Of a DNA stretch of 64,000 bases, positions 13,760 through 25,226 are shown piece after piece. The notes beneath the pieces were generated by a model that worked only from the letters and a program-made list of their open reading frames with translations, did no database searches and was not told the DNA's origin. Within the stretch, counting starts at the first letter, position 1. Every line of letters begins with the position of its first letter. The position numbers were made by a program, and so were the translations under genes. The stretch comes from Mizuhopecten yessoensis (Eukaryota), in contig NW_018408365.1 of assembly GCF_002113885.1 (NCBI RefSeq), positions 13,782-77,781 of the forward strand, read 5' to 3'.

Positions 13760-14030
13760 TGACATGTATTAGTGTACCTGGTATGCATTAGCTGTACCTG
13801 GTATGCATTAGTTGTACCTGGTATGCATTAGTTGTACCTGAAGTGGTATCTGGTATGCATTAGTTGTACCTGAAGTGGTATCTGGTATGCATTAGTGGTT
13901 TCTAAAGTGGTATATGACATGCACTAGTGGTACCAGATATTCAGTTAAAAAAGTGGTACCTGGTATGCATTAGTGGTACATTTGTACCTGAAGTGGTACC
14001 TGGTAAGCATCAGGGGTACATGTATCTGAT
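13760..14030. repeat. 20/33-bp composite minisatellite
   Basis: gtacctggtatgcattagtt units, some with an added gtacctgaagtgg subunit. Confidence 0.9.
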
Positions 14031-14924
14031 TTGAATTATTATTTCTTACTTTAGTTAGCGTTACACGATTTGCAGTTATACCAGTGTTTCCAAAACGTCA
14101 ATTGTATAAATGAAGATGTGTATATTTCTCGAAGAAACAGATAAGCTTGCTGATTTGTATATATGTTCAGAGTTTAAAAGCGGCTGTTTAAAATAGCCCA
14201 TAGCTGTGGTAAAAAAAGCATTATGATTTTTTATATTGTTCCTTTTGCGAAACGTGAATATTGCGGTAAAGAACGATGTTTTACTTTGTGTTGATCGTCA
14301 ATCGTGTTAAGCTGTTGTTGGTTTATAACGACATTAATCAAGTAACGTGCTATCTTGTTTGTACAAAATTTTAATGGCGTTGAGGGTGTCTTAATGTGGG
14401 TTCAAGAATTTTAATGATTCTAAACGCCTGACTTATCTTGAAATATACACCAACGTGCCAATTATGATTTAAGGGAAACGTTAACGTGGTTGGTATCAGT
14501 AACGTATTCATGAGTGTGTAGTCAAATAACCACCAACCAGTGCCAGCTTCGTCATGATCCGCCTGGAAGATCCGGATTTTATTTATTGGAATCGTAGCAA
14601 TACCTGATAGATATCAGGGAAAATGGTGTACAGACAATGCGATGTAGATATTGAAGTGATAGTGAATCTAACAATTTCTGTTTCTATCAAATGTTTGACT
14701 TTTCAGTGTTAAAACACGTTAATGATGAAAATGAAACACGGCAATTATTCGGTGCTAACACTTAACAGAATATAATCTAACACAAACGGGTACATACTGT
14801 GTATCCGCCGTGCTTGCGTTCGAGTGTGACATCGTGTGCGGAGTTCTGGTGTAAGAGTACGAACTGGTTTGTTTAATACTGGCATCAGAGTTTATAAAAT
14901 GGTGATTTTAATTTTGGTGCTGGA

Positions 14925-15130
14925 GTATGAAATGGTGAGTGAAGTGCTAGTTTTGAAATACGAAATGATGTGTGTAGAAATGATGTGTGTAGAAGTAGAA
15001 ATGATGTGTGTAGAAATGATGTGTGTAGAAATGGCGTTTCGATATGAAATGATGTGTGTAGAAATGGCGTTGCGATATGAAATGATGTGTGTAGAAATGG
15101 CGTTGCGATATGAAATGATGTCTGTAGAAT
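14925..15130. repeat. 15/33-bp minisatellite (source of ORF 14836-15378)
   Basis: gaaatgatgtgtgta and gaaatgatgtgtgtagaaatggcgttgcgatat units. Confidence 0.92.
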
Positions 15131-16654
15131 TAACGTATTTTTACATTTCCACTGCAAGTTCCTCTGTGAGCATTACCATAAGACATTACGTTCATAGGCT
15201 ATTAACGCAATTCGATCAGTGTCATTTCGAAGCTTTTCCTCCCGCCTCGAATAACCCGAGACAACCCATATTTGATGACGTTAGGCTGTTCCAGGAATTT
15301 CGTTTGCATTTAGGACATGTACACTTCAATATAGGAAATATAAGAGAATATCTATGCATTGAGGTTATTAATAAGTAGAAATTAAGAATGTAAATTTAAG
15401 TTTTGAACGGCATTTTTCAACGTTCATGCCGATATGAACGCAAATTGTCACATCGTTCATAAGTTTCTTGCATATCAGGTTTGATTATTCGAACTTTCGA
15501 TGTTAAGTCACGAACCATCGATTCTAGTCACTAAGCACTATTAAGGACTCTTGTCCCACTGTAAGCAAAACACTGGAGGATCCACTCTGGTTTTTCGTAT
15601 ATACGGTAACTAACTCTCAATTTCGTTTTAGATATAACTGTAGCGATTTGTACAAGGACACTTCCATTGACCAGATGATATGAACGACAATCTAAGGTTC
15701 AGGGATCGATTCCCGGTTTGTCCCGTTCATTTCAACTGTATTTTATTTTATATAATTCCCACAAGAAGGTACATTTTTCTTTAAGGAACGACTTACATGT
15801 GCATATACCAAAAGTATTGTCATGCCGAATAAAAAAGTGTCCAGATGCGTATTTAAAGTTTTTGGCAGTGATTCGAGGGTCTTTAATCAACATTTTTATC
15901 ATTTAGTCACTTACAGTTTTAACTACAATGTAACGTAAATGGAAGTAATTAATTAACAGAGTTAACCAATATAAACTGGTATGCAATAACTATACATAAA
16001 CTGATATCAGCCGTTCAGTAGTATCGGTAACAACATCGTTATGTACATGTAATACACAATTGCTTGTCACGGGATCACCGTCACTCCAACCGGAAGTCAA
16101 TATAAGTTACCGGAACAATGATTGATGAGCAATGAAGATGACGAAAATTTCCCCATGATCCAGGTTTAACATAAAAAGTTTTACAACATTCAAAGAAAGT
16201 GAGATTATTCCAAGCACCCGAAACCCGACTAGATGGGTTAACTTGTATATTAACCGTTATATGTTATGACCTGGTTATTCTACAAATCCTACTAGATTTT
16301 AAGGTTAACGAGAGCTAGTTGATGGAATCTGTCGGCTTTGCCCTATCAGCCAAAACCTCGCGAGATTTTGGCATTACTTTTTATTGCGTGAAATACAATA
16401 TGCTCATGTCTGTAACTATCTCTGGAACACAGATTTAGAGCGGAGTAGCCTACACATCGTCCTACCGTCAGCTGTCTAACCCAGCAAATCTATATCATTC
16501 TATCAATATCTAACAATTTTGCCCGCAAAAAGCGGATATATCTTCTGAAGAATTTGATATACAGACTTCCGCATCTAGTTTTACTTAGAACTTTACTTAC
16601 GCGTGCTTGTTCCTAAGCAGACTGACGATCTGTCACCGTCTTGTTCACAAACAA

Positions 16655-17180
16655 CCTGCAGCAACTACCAATGAAGTGTACCTCTGACTACATCAACTAC
16701 CAATGACGTGTACCCGTGACTACAACAACTACCAATGACGTGTACCCCTGACTACAACAACTACCAATGACGTGTACAACTGACTACAACAACTACCAAT
16801 GACGTGCACCCCTGACTACAACAACTACCAATGACGTGTACAACTGACTACAACAACTACCAATAACGTGTACCACTGACTACAACAACTACCAATGACG
16901 TGTACCACTGACTACAACAACTATCAATGACGTGTACCACTGACTACAACAACTACCAATGACGTGCACCACGGACTACAACAACTACCAATGACGTGTA
17001 CCACTGACTATAACAACTGTCAATGACATGTACCACTGACTACAACACTACCAATGACGTGTACCACTGACTACAACAACTACCAATGACGTGTACCACT
17101 GACTACAACAACTACCAATGACGTGTACCACTTACTACAACAACTACCAATGACGTGTACCACTGACTACAACACTGCCA
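16655..17180. repeat. 32-bp minisatellite, ~16 copies
   Basis: Unit ctgactacaacaactaccaatgacgtgtacca. Confidence 0.97.
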
Positions 17181-17324
17181 ATAACAATGACACTATCAAT
17201 AATGCTGACTCTTCAAATAATTTTGGCACCGTCAACACGGGGAGGTACCAATAACAGTAAAGCTACAAATAACGGCGAATGTTGGCATTACATAGAATGA
17301 TGTCACTACCAAAAATAATTGCAC

Positions 17325-17775
17325 ACCCAATGACAGCGATACGAACATTATTTTGGCACTACCAATGACAGCGACACTACCATTAATTTTAGCACTACCA
17401 AAGACAGCGACACGAACATTATTTTTGGCACTACCAATGACGCGGACACTAACATTAATTTTGGCACTATCAATGACAGCGACACTATCATTAATTTTGG
17501 CACTACCAATGACAGCGACACGAAAATTAATTTAAGCACTACCAATGACAGCGACACTACCATTAATTTTGGCACTACCAATGACAGCGACACGAACATT
17601 AATTTTGGCACTACCAATGACAGCGACACGAACATTAATTTTAGCACTATGAATGACGGGAACATAATTTACATGTAGGTACTTCCAATGACAGGGACAC
17701 TAACATTTATTTTGGCACTATGAATGACGGGAACATAATTAAGGTACTTCCAATGACGGGCACACTATCAATTAA
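17325..17775. repeat. 36-bp minisatellite, ~12 copies, inside an older degenerate 3-periodic tract (17180-18040)
   Basis: Unit ggcactaccaatgacagcgacacgaacattaatttt; ggcact/agcact recurs at 17355, 17391 and onward. Confidence 0.95.
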
Positions 17776-18048
17776 TGGTGACATTAAACAGCTTGACACC
17801 TACTACTGCACCAATAACGGGGATACCACCAATAACGTTGGCACTACAGAGAATGGTGACACTTCCAACAGTGACGGCACAACCTATGACGATGCCACAA
17901 ACAATGAAAGACACACTTAATAACGGTATCATCTTCAAACGGAGAGTAACACTAGCAATAGTTGGGACACTGATAACATCAGTATCTGACAGTGATGGTA
18001 TCGTTGATCAAAAAAGGTGACACTACCTTTAACGACAGTACATAATTA

Positions 18049-18170
18049 TGTAATAGTAAGGAAGTGGTGAAAAGGATATGTGTTCGCTGGGGATCGAACC
18101 CACGAACCCAGCCTTTCACCTCGAACACTCTACCACTGGGCTGAAGGAGAATACTATGACACTGTTTACA
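18049..18170 (-). mobile_element. tRNA-derived element (SINE head or TRIM/LTR-like solo terminal repeat); not a functional tRNA
   Basis: Minus strand has an A-box-like cagcccagtggtagag (~18128-18143) and B box ggttcgatcc (18091-18100) at tRNA spacing. Acceptor and anticodon stems do not pair. The segment is bounded by TGTAA..TTACA. Confidence 0.7.
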
Positions 18171-18802
18171 ATGCACATCCTTTACACACATATAACTTAC
18201 ATATATATGTAGCTACCATTTAGAGTGGATGTAACTAGCTTATACTGTACATATCCCCGTGTCTCTCTTTAAGACAACCATAGCATATTTTAACAACTCT
18301 TCCGCCCAATTACACCGAGATAAATTTTCAAGATGCGTTTCATTTTTTACAAACCAATGTTGTTTATGCGTTTATAGTGTACAAGCCAAAATAATGGTTG
18401 TATTTGAATAGTAGCTCACGTGAAATTAGGTTCAATTATAAATATAAAAACAATATAATGAAGAATGTGTATATTATCGGTACAGTTTAGACGTTGTATG
18501 GCCCTATATATAGATGATCGTTCTGGTGGAGAGACGGAACGTTTACGAGAAATGCGTTATTGGCGAGGTGCAACCGTTGCATTTGTTACATATATATCAA
18601 TCTCAGCGATACACGTAATAGGAAAACCAGGTCCTCCTTGTAATCCTCGTAGCATCACGTCCAGACTGGAACATGGACCGGGACTTATCAATCAATGCTC
18701 CCTTGTCTGTGTCGTACCGTCAGACGGGGACGGTTTAGTGCTGATTCTCGGTGACGATGAGTTCATTCCTCTGCATCATTGACTGAAATGTAGGACATCA
18801 TC

Positions 18803-18875
18803 TGGTACATTGTACCTGTACCTATACCTGTACCTGTACCTGTGCCTGTACCTGTACCTGTACCTGTACCTGCAC
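18803..18875. repeat. (TGTACC)n hexanucleotide microsatellite
   Basis: About 10 near-perfect tgtacc units. Confidence 0.95.
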
Positions 18876-20142
18876 GTTGGACGGTACCCCCACATGTAAA
18901 GCATGCGAACATGAAACTATATATGCACTATTAACGCTGCCGTTAATTAACCTCAAATAATTTAAATGCTGAAAGGCTTTTGCAAATGAATACCAACACA
19001 TAAAATGTCTTTGGTCCATTCGTTCGGGTTATTTCCATTGATAATATGCAGGTCAATCCCATGTAGGCGTCACGCGCAATTTCGCACCAAATGTCATTAT
19101 ACATATTACATTGTATCCTATAAAACAAGTAATGTTTTACGCATGGCAAATGGTATTGCTGCATTAATATTGTACTCATCAAATGATCGTCATTGGCGTG
19201 TGTTTTCGGTAATTATTGTAGAGTGGTGTCTGTGTGGGACATTAGGAGAGCGGACAGATGTGGTGGGGGAGAGGGGCAGTCACTAACCTTACACTTTGAT
19301 GTCTGCTCTATTGATCGTCATAGTGATAACCTAATGAAACAGACATCATTGACGGCAGTAATTAATCAGGTACACCATGGATGCTTTACTCAAACACTGC
19401 GGTTATAATACACTCTGACAACAAACAAGAATTCTATTCAATTGAAATGTAATTGTTCAAAACTGTTTTACATATAGCATGCTAAAATCTGTGCGTGTTT
19501 ACCTTGCGGGCCTTTGAATGGGGCCGTTGCATGGTTTCAACATTGCAATAAACGTTTCGACTCCACTGTAATTAAAGCGACCTGTACACACCCAGCGGGT
19601 CTCCACCGCCGAGTGTGGGAACGGCGGAGACGTTTCAATTACTTATTTATAATATTTGAAAACTTATCAAAACTGTAAAGATTATGGGTGTAAGCACCAT
19701 TGTAACAGCCAATTATTACAGACGCTCCCCTAGTTCCTTATATTCCTGGGTCATACCTGGCCGTGAGAAGTGCATGGTCACTCGTGTTAGGTTTGTCAAG
19801 GGGTACTGTCAGAGCGTCGAACTGTTGAGTGGTACGGACGGCTTATTTCTGGCTTGAGAAGGTTTGGTACGTCTACACACCCAATAAAGGTAAGCGACCA
19901 CAAGGCTGTACTATTGGTCTTCTATAATGATACCATTGTAGTAATAAATCAGACAGTTATAACGTCATTACTTTAACAAATAATTAGGTAGTTCTGTCCT
20001 TTTTGAATTGCAATAGCGTAAGCCAGTTTTATACTACATTTTGTAACGTTCTGCAATAACGGTTTTGGTTAACCTAGACACGTTGACAATCTACGTCTCT
20101 GGTTTACCCGTACTATTCTGTAGTTGCTCCTCTTTTTCCCCG

Positions 20143-20745
20143 CTGGCCTCTCTCTCCGGGCCCAGTGACCATTCCCTCGTACATGGCCTCTCTCTCCGAG
20201 CCCAGTGACCATTCCCTCGTACATGGCCTCTCTCTCCGGGCCCAGTGACCATTCCCTCGTACATGGCCTCTCTCTCCGGGCCCAGTGACCATTCCCTCGT
20301 ACATGGCATCTCTCGCCGGGCCCAGTGACCATTCCCTCGTACATGGCCTCTCTCTCCGGGGCCAGTGACCATTCCCTCGTACCTGGCCTCTCTCTCCGGG
20401 CCCAGTGACCATTCCGTTGTACCTGGCCTATCCCTCGGGTCCCAGTGATCATTCCCTCGTGCCTGGCCTCTCCGGGCCGAGTGACCATTCCCTCGTGCCT
20501 GGCCTCTCCGTGCCCAGTGGCCATTTCCTCGTGCCTGGTCTTTCCCTCCGGGCCCAGTAACATTTTTCTCGTGCCTGGTCTCTCCCTCCGGGCCAAGTGA
20601 TCATTCCCTCGTGCCTGGCCTCTCAAGGCCGAGTGACCATTTCCTCGTGCCTGGCCTCTCCCTCTGGGCCCAGTGACCATTTCATCGTGCCTGGCCTATC
20701 CCTACGGACCCAGTGACCATTTCCTCGTACCTGGCCTCTCCGCCC
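20143..20745. repeat. GC-rich 40-bp minisatellite, ~15 copies, decaying rightwards
   Basis: Unit gcctctctctccgggcccagtgaccattccctcgtacatg. Confidence 0.96.
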
Positions 20746-21095
20746 TTTGATGACACTCAGTTCTTACTACCGGCCTCCATTGTCCTCAATAATACTTCTC
20801 TCCGTGCCCGGTCTCCCACTCTTATATGACACCAGTTACCTTTTCTAAGGCCGAGCTGCCCGACCCACGATGACATGACAATCCCTGACCAAGACCAACC
20901 TTCCCGGCCTCCAGTTACACCCTTCCCTAATCATGGACTACTTGGTTCTTAATTAGTGACATCCCGTGCCAAACATTAGCCACAGGCTGAGTAACAACAG
21001 GTAAGTTTGGACATTTCCTGACGTTCAGGGGTTATATCGACATTCGGCAAAATGGAAACAAAAAGTGATGGTATACTGTACTGGCATTTTCGTCA

Positions 21096-21352
21096 AACAT
21101 TTAATTTAGGTCTCAAAATATCAGAAAAAGGTCTCAACTAGCGCTGGCCTCCCCGTCCCCGACTCACTCCCTCCACATTGGCGGCCTCCTTAGCCCTGGC
21201 CCAAGTGACTCTCCCTGACCCGTAGCTGGTATTCCCGTCCCCGAACGACTCACCCTTCCCCGTAGCTGGCCTCCCCGGCCCCGAGTGACCTCTCCCTTCC
21301 CCGTAGCTGGCCTCTCCGTCCCCAGTGACTCTCCCTTCCCCGTAGCTGCCCC
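21096..21352. repeat. Copy 1 of a composite unit (unique leader plus 39-bp core repeats), cut by an assembly gap
   Basis: Leader aacatttaatttag..aaaaaggtctcaactagcgctggcctccccgtccccgact matches 22502 onward; core ccgtagctggcctcccgtccccgagtgactctcccttcc. Confidence 0.9.
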
Positions 21353-21759
21353 NNNNNNNNNNNNNNNNNNNNNNNNNNNNNNNNNNNNNNNNNNNNNNNN
21401 NNNNNNNNNNNNNNNNNNNNNNNNNNNNNNNNNNNNNNNNNNNNNNNNNNNNNNNNNNNNNNNNNNNNNNNNNNNNNNNNNNNNNNNNNNNNNNNNNNNN
21501 NNNNNNNNNNNNNNNNNNNNNNNNNNNNNNNNNNNNNNNNNNNNNNNNNNNNNNNNNNNNNNNNNNNNNNNNNNNNNNNNNNNNNNNNNNNNNNNNNNNN
21601 NNNNNNNNNNNNNNNNNNNNNNNNNNNNNNNNNNNNNNNNNNNNNNNNNNNNNNNNNNNNNNNNNNNNNNNNNNNNNNNNNNNNNNNNNNNNNNNNNNNN
21701 NNNNNNNNNNNNNNNNNNNNNNNNNNNNNNNNNNNNNNNNNNNNNNNNNNNNNNNNNNN
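21353..21759. other. Assembly gap (N run)
   Basis: Continuous Ns. Confidence 1.
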
Positions 21760-22501
21760 AGAACGTGGCGCACGGGCTTTAGCGCGTGGTCATGCGGTTT
21801 GTACTGGTTTATAGGCATTCTCTAGTCAGACACCGAGCAGTTCAGGTCAAATTTTTTGTTTTTGTTTTACGAAGTAATGGGTATTTTAGGTGTATTCACT
21901 TGTGGACGCACACCCGTGGGTAGGGGTGTTTAGGTAGGGGAGGAGTTCATGAAAGGTTTCGTTAGATTTGTTTTGTAGTTTGTGCATTAACAGACATAAT
22001 TGATAAATACATGTGAAATTTAACGCAGGTCCAGCGTTACCCCTAGACCATCCTGCAATGGGCTGTAGTAGTTCTCCCGCCTTTATTATTGCATGTCGAC
22101 AATAGGACACAGGTTTCCGGGGGCAGCTCCGGTTTTTCCTGGGCAGCAGGGATTTTGGTTTGAGATGGGGAAGGATGTTATTTTTTGAATAACAGATAGC
22201 GAGTTTTGTTGACGAATGTTTGGGATGACACATCGTTGTCAATTGGGCTTTTATATATACCGGGTATATAGTACATGTACATCTGTATTTTGTTTGTATC
22301 ATGTATATATTTTTCTGCAATATTAAACGCCGACTGCTCGCGGTGCCCAGGGCTAGACGGCAAATGGATATTTGTAGTTTGTGTAGTGTTTTTACATGAG
22401 TGGAGAGAAGACCTCTCCCTCCCACGGGCGGCCTCCTTAGGCCTAGCCCCACTGATTGTTCTGATAGACAGGTCCTCGTTATTTACCCATCACTTTCTTC
22501 T

Positions 22502-23044
22502 AACATTTAATTTAGCTCTTAAAATATCAAAAAAGGTCTCAACTAGCGCTGGCCTCCCCGTCCCCGACTGACTCCCTCCACATTTGCGGCCTCTTTAGCC
22601 CTGGCTCCGAGTGACCTCTCCCTTTCCCGTAGCTGCCCACCCTGGCCCCGAGTGACTCTCCGTTACCCGTAGCTGGCATCGCCGCCCTCGAACGACTCTC
22701 CCTTCCCCGTAGCTGGCCTCCCGTCCCCGAGTGACTGTCCCTTCTCCGTAGCTGGCCTCTCCGTCCCCGAGTGATTCTCCCTTCCCCGTAGCTGGCCTCC
22801 CGGCCCCGAGTGACTCTCACTTCCCCGTAGCTGGCCTTCCGGCCCCGAGTGACTCTCCCTTCCCCCTAGCTGGCCTTCCGGCCCCGAGTGCCTCTCCCTT
22901 CCCCGTAACTGGCCTCCCTAGGCCCAGTGACTCTCCCTTCCCCGTAACTGGCCTCCCTAGGCCCAGTGACTCTCTCTTCTCCGTATCTGGCCTCTAGCCC
23001 CACTGATTGCTCTGATAGACAGGTCCTCGTTATTTACCCATCAC
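22502..23044. repeat. Copy 2 of the composite unit: leader, ~10 x 39-bp cores, trailer
   Basis: Same leader as 21096. The trailer ctagccccactgattg.tctgatagacaggtcctcgttatttacccatcac is also present at ~22443-22493. Confidence 0.92.
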
Positions 23045-23734
23045 AAGGTGTCGACATTGTGTTACACCTATATATAGCTATCTATCATACACTGCACAAA
23101 TCGTCTGAAGGGTCGCAGTCAGGCATTTAATTTCTCCGCACGACAGTGGTTATACAGGAACTGGTTCAAATGCAGTCAAATACGTGGTTACTGTACCAAA
23201 TACACCAGGGATACATTTGCGAGAAACCATATCGATTTTATCTTATAAGCACGTATCATTAAACAACACCTGTTATAAAGTATATATTACACTACTTTCG
23301 GAACCGAATGATTGTGTAGGTGTTCACACTGCTTTGGATAGAAACAACCTTACGTCGTTTTAATCTGGATGTCGATATGTTGTATTCATTAGATTTGTAA
23401 ATGTTGTCATAATCTATGTACAATGGGTGCCGTGTTAACACCTAAATGTTGTATTTACACCTGTATGATGTATTTACATCTGAATGGTGTATTCACACCT
23501 TAGTGTTGTGATCACGTGCACGAGTTCGATTACGGATATAGGGTAGGAATCAAAGAAAAAATGCGACTTTACGAAGTTGGCTTATTAGCCAAGATGTTGT
23601 CGCGATTTTATATTTGTTCGGTAATAGATTGATGTAACATATTTGAATATTATACATTAATTGAGTGAGAATGTCATTAGGGCAAACATATAATGCGAGA
23701 CATACTGAAAAAGATATGTTTTGTAAATACATTA

Positions 23735-24430
23735 CATTACCTGTGAAGAGCTGGAATATGTTTCAGATATTATTGTCTTGTAATTTTATTTATAATCTAG
23801 CTACTGTAATATAATAAGTATCTCCACACACTGTTTGAGGAGAGTAGATCAACAAAACATACTTTTGCTTTTGCTAATATGAACGGAATAATATGTGTGA
23901 GTTCAAAATTTTCAAACACTCTGAAACTTGATTTTAGTGAAGTGTGTATTTTTGTAAACAATATAGCACAAAATTGTACATATACTCGTGTTTATAAACA
24001 TTGTTCATTAACGGTGCAGAGCTGGAACATGTTTCAGATATTATTGTCTTGTAATTTTATTTATAATCTATAGCTACTGTAATATAATAAGTATCTCCAC
24101 ACACTGTTTGAGCAGAGGAGATTAACAAAACTTACCTTTGCTTTTACTAATGTGAACAGAATAATATGTTTGAGTTGAACATTTCAAACACTCTGAAACT
24201 TGATATTAGTGAAGTGTGTATTTTTGTAAACAATATAGCATAAAATTGTACATATACTCGTGTTTATAAATATATAGTTCATTACCTGTGCAGAGCTGGA
24301 ACATGTTTCAGATAATTATTGTCTTGAAATTTTTAATTTATAATCTACTGTAATATACTAAGTATCTCCACACACTGTTTGAGGAGAGTAGTGCTAATGT
24401 GTACAGAATAATATGTGTGAGTTAAAATTT
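23735..24430 (+). repeat. ~272-bp tandem repeat, about 2.6 copies, upstream of the LINE ORF2
   Basis: att..c.gtg.agagctggaa.atgtttcagata starts recur at ~23735, ~24007 and ~24281. Confidence 0.92.
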
Positions 24431-25226
24431 TCAAATTTGAGTGTGGTAAAAAATACAATGGCACTTTCATTAGCATCANAAAAAAATTCAAATTTGAGTG
24501 TGGTAAAAAATACAATGGCACTTTCATTAGCATCAGTATTAAGATCTCTACGATCAGTGGGCGACATAATTGAGATTTATTTTTATTTTTTATTATTTTT
24601 TATTATATTTTCAAAATGTTATGACCTAGACATATATATAAATATACATGCAATGTGCATGACCATCTAGAATCGCCTTTAAATAATGTACATATTGTTC
24701 AAAATATTCTATCAAGTATCAGTATTCGTCATACATATATATTAATTAACAAATAAGTAAAAATTCACATTTTTTATATAAAAATAAACTTCCGGATATT
24801 CTTGTCCGTACTCTATTCTAATTATTATTGTGTTATAATGTAGTGTCTGATTTCCGGTTAGAGTCACGATGGTGAACAGACTTCGCACAAACGCTATTCG
24901 CACTGTTCTTCCAGTCGTTGTAAGTCTTAGACTTGTGATAATAATATTAATAATATTGTATTATATTTACCATATAACATAATTGAGATTAATTAATCTG
25001 TGATATGAAGTGAACGCTATATGGAAGACAAGTACTTGCACTTGTGGTTATGGAGATGGCCAAACTAGTCTTTTTCTTGTGTAATTAAGTTGTATTCAAA
25101 TCCCAATTTTAGTATGACTATTTACTTATTCTATTTGCCTTTCTTTTTTCTCTTTCTATGTCTTACCCTTCTTCTATTTTCTATCTCAGCTGCCAGACTA
25201 GTTGTTCCAGTCAGTAGGCCTTGCAC

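Noticed and set aside
14836-15378. 180-aa ORF with EMMCV repeats
   Set aside because: Held open by 15/33-bp repeats; non-ATG start; no domain or splice support.
18080-18151. Functional tRNA gene
   Set aside because: A and B boxes are present but the acceptor and anticodon stems do not pair.
21138-21818. ORFs spanning N runs (also 28453-29263 and the tail of the 1344-aa ORF)
   Set aside because: Artefacts of translating assembly gaps.
22012-22396. Possible solo LTR on the minus strand (TGT..ACA ends, TATA-like motif, AATAAA)
   Set aside because: No target-site duplication (ataca vs tgagt), no PBS or PPT, and the signals are too short to be diagnostic.
24431-24536. Exact ~48-bp direct duplication
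   Set aside because: It straddles a single N at 24479, typical of an unmerged contig overlap.
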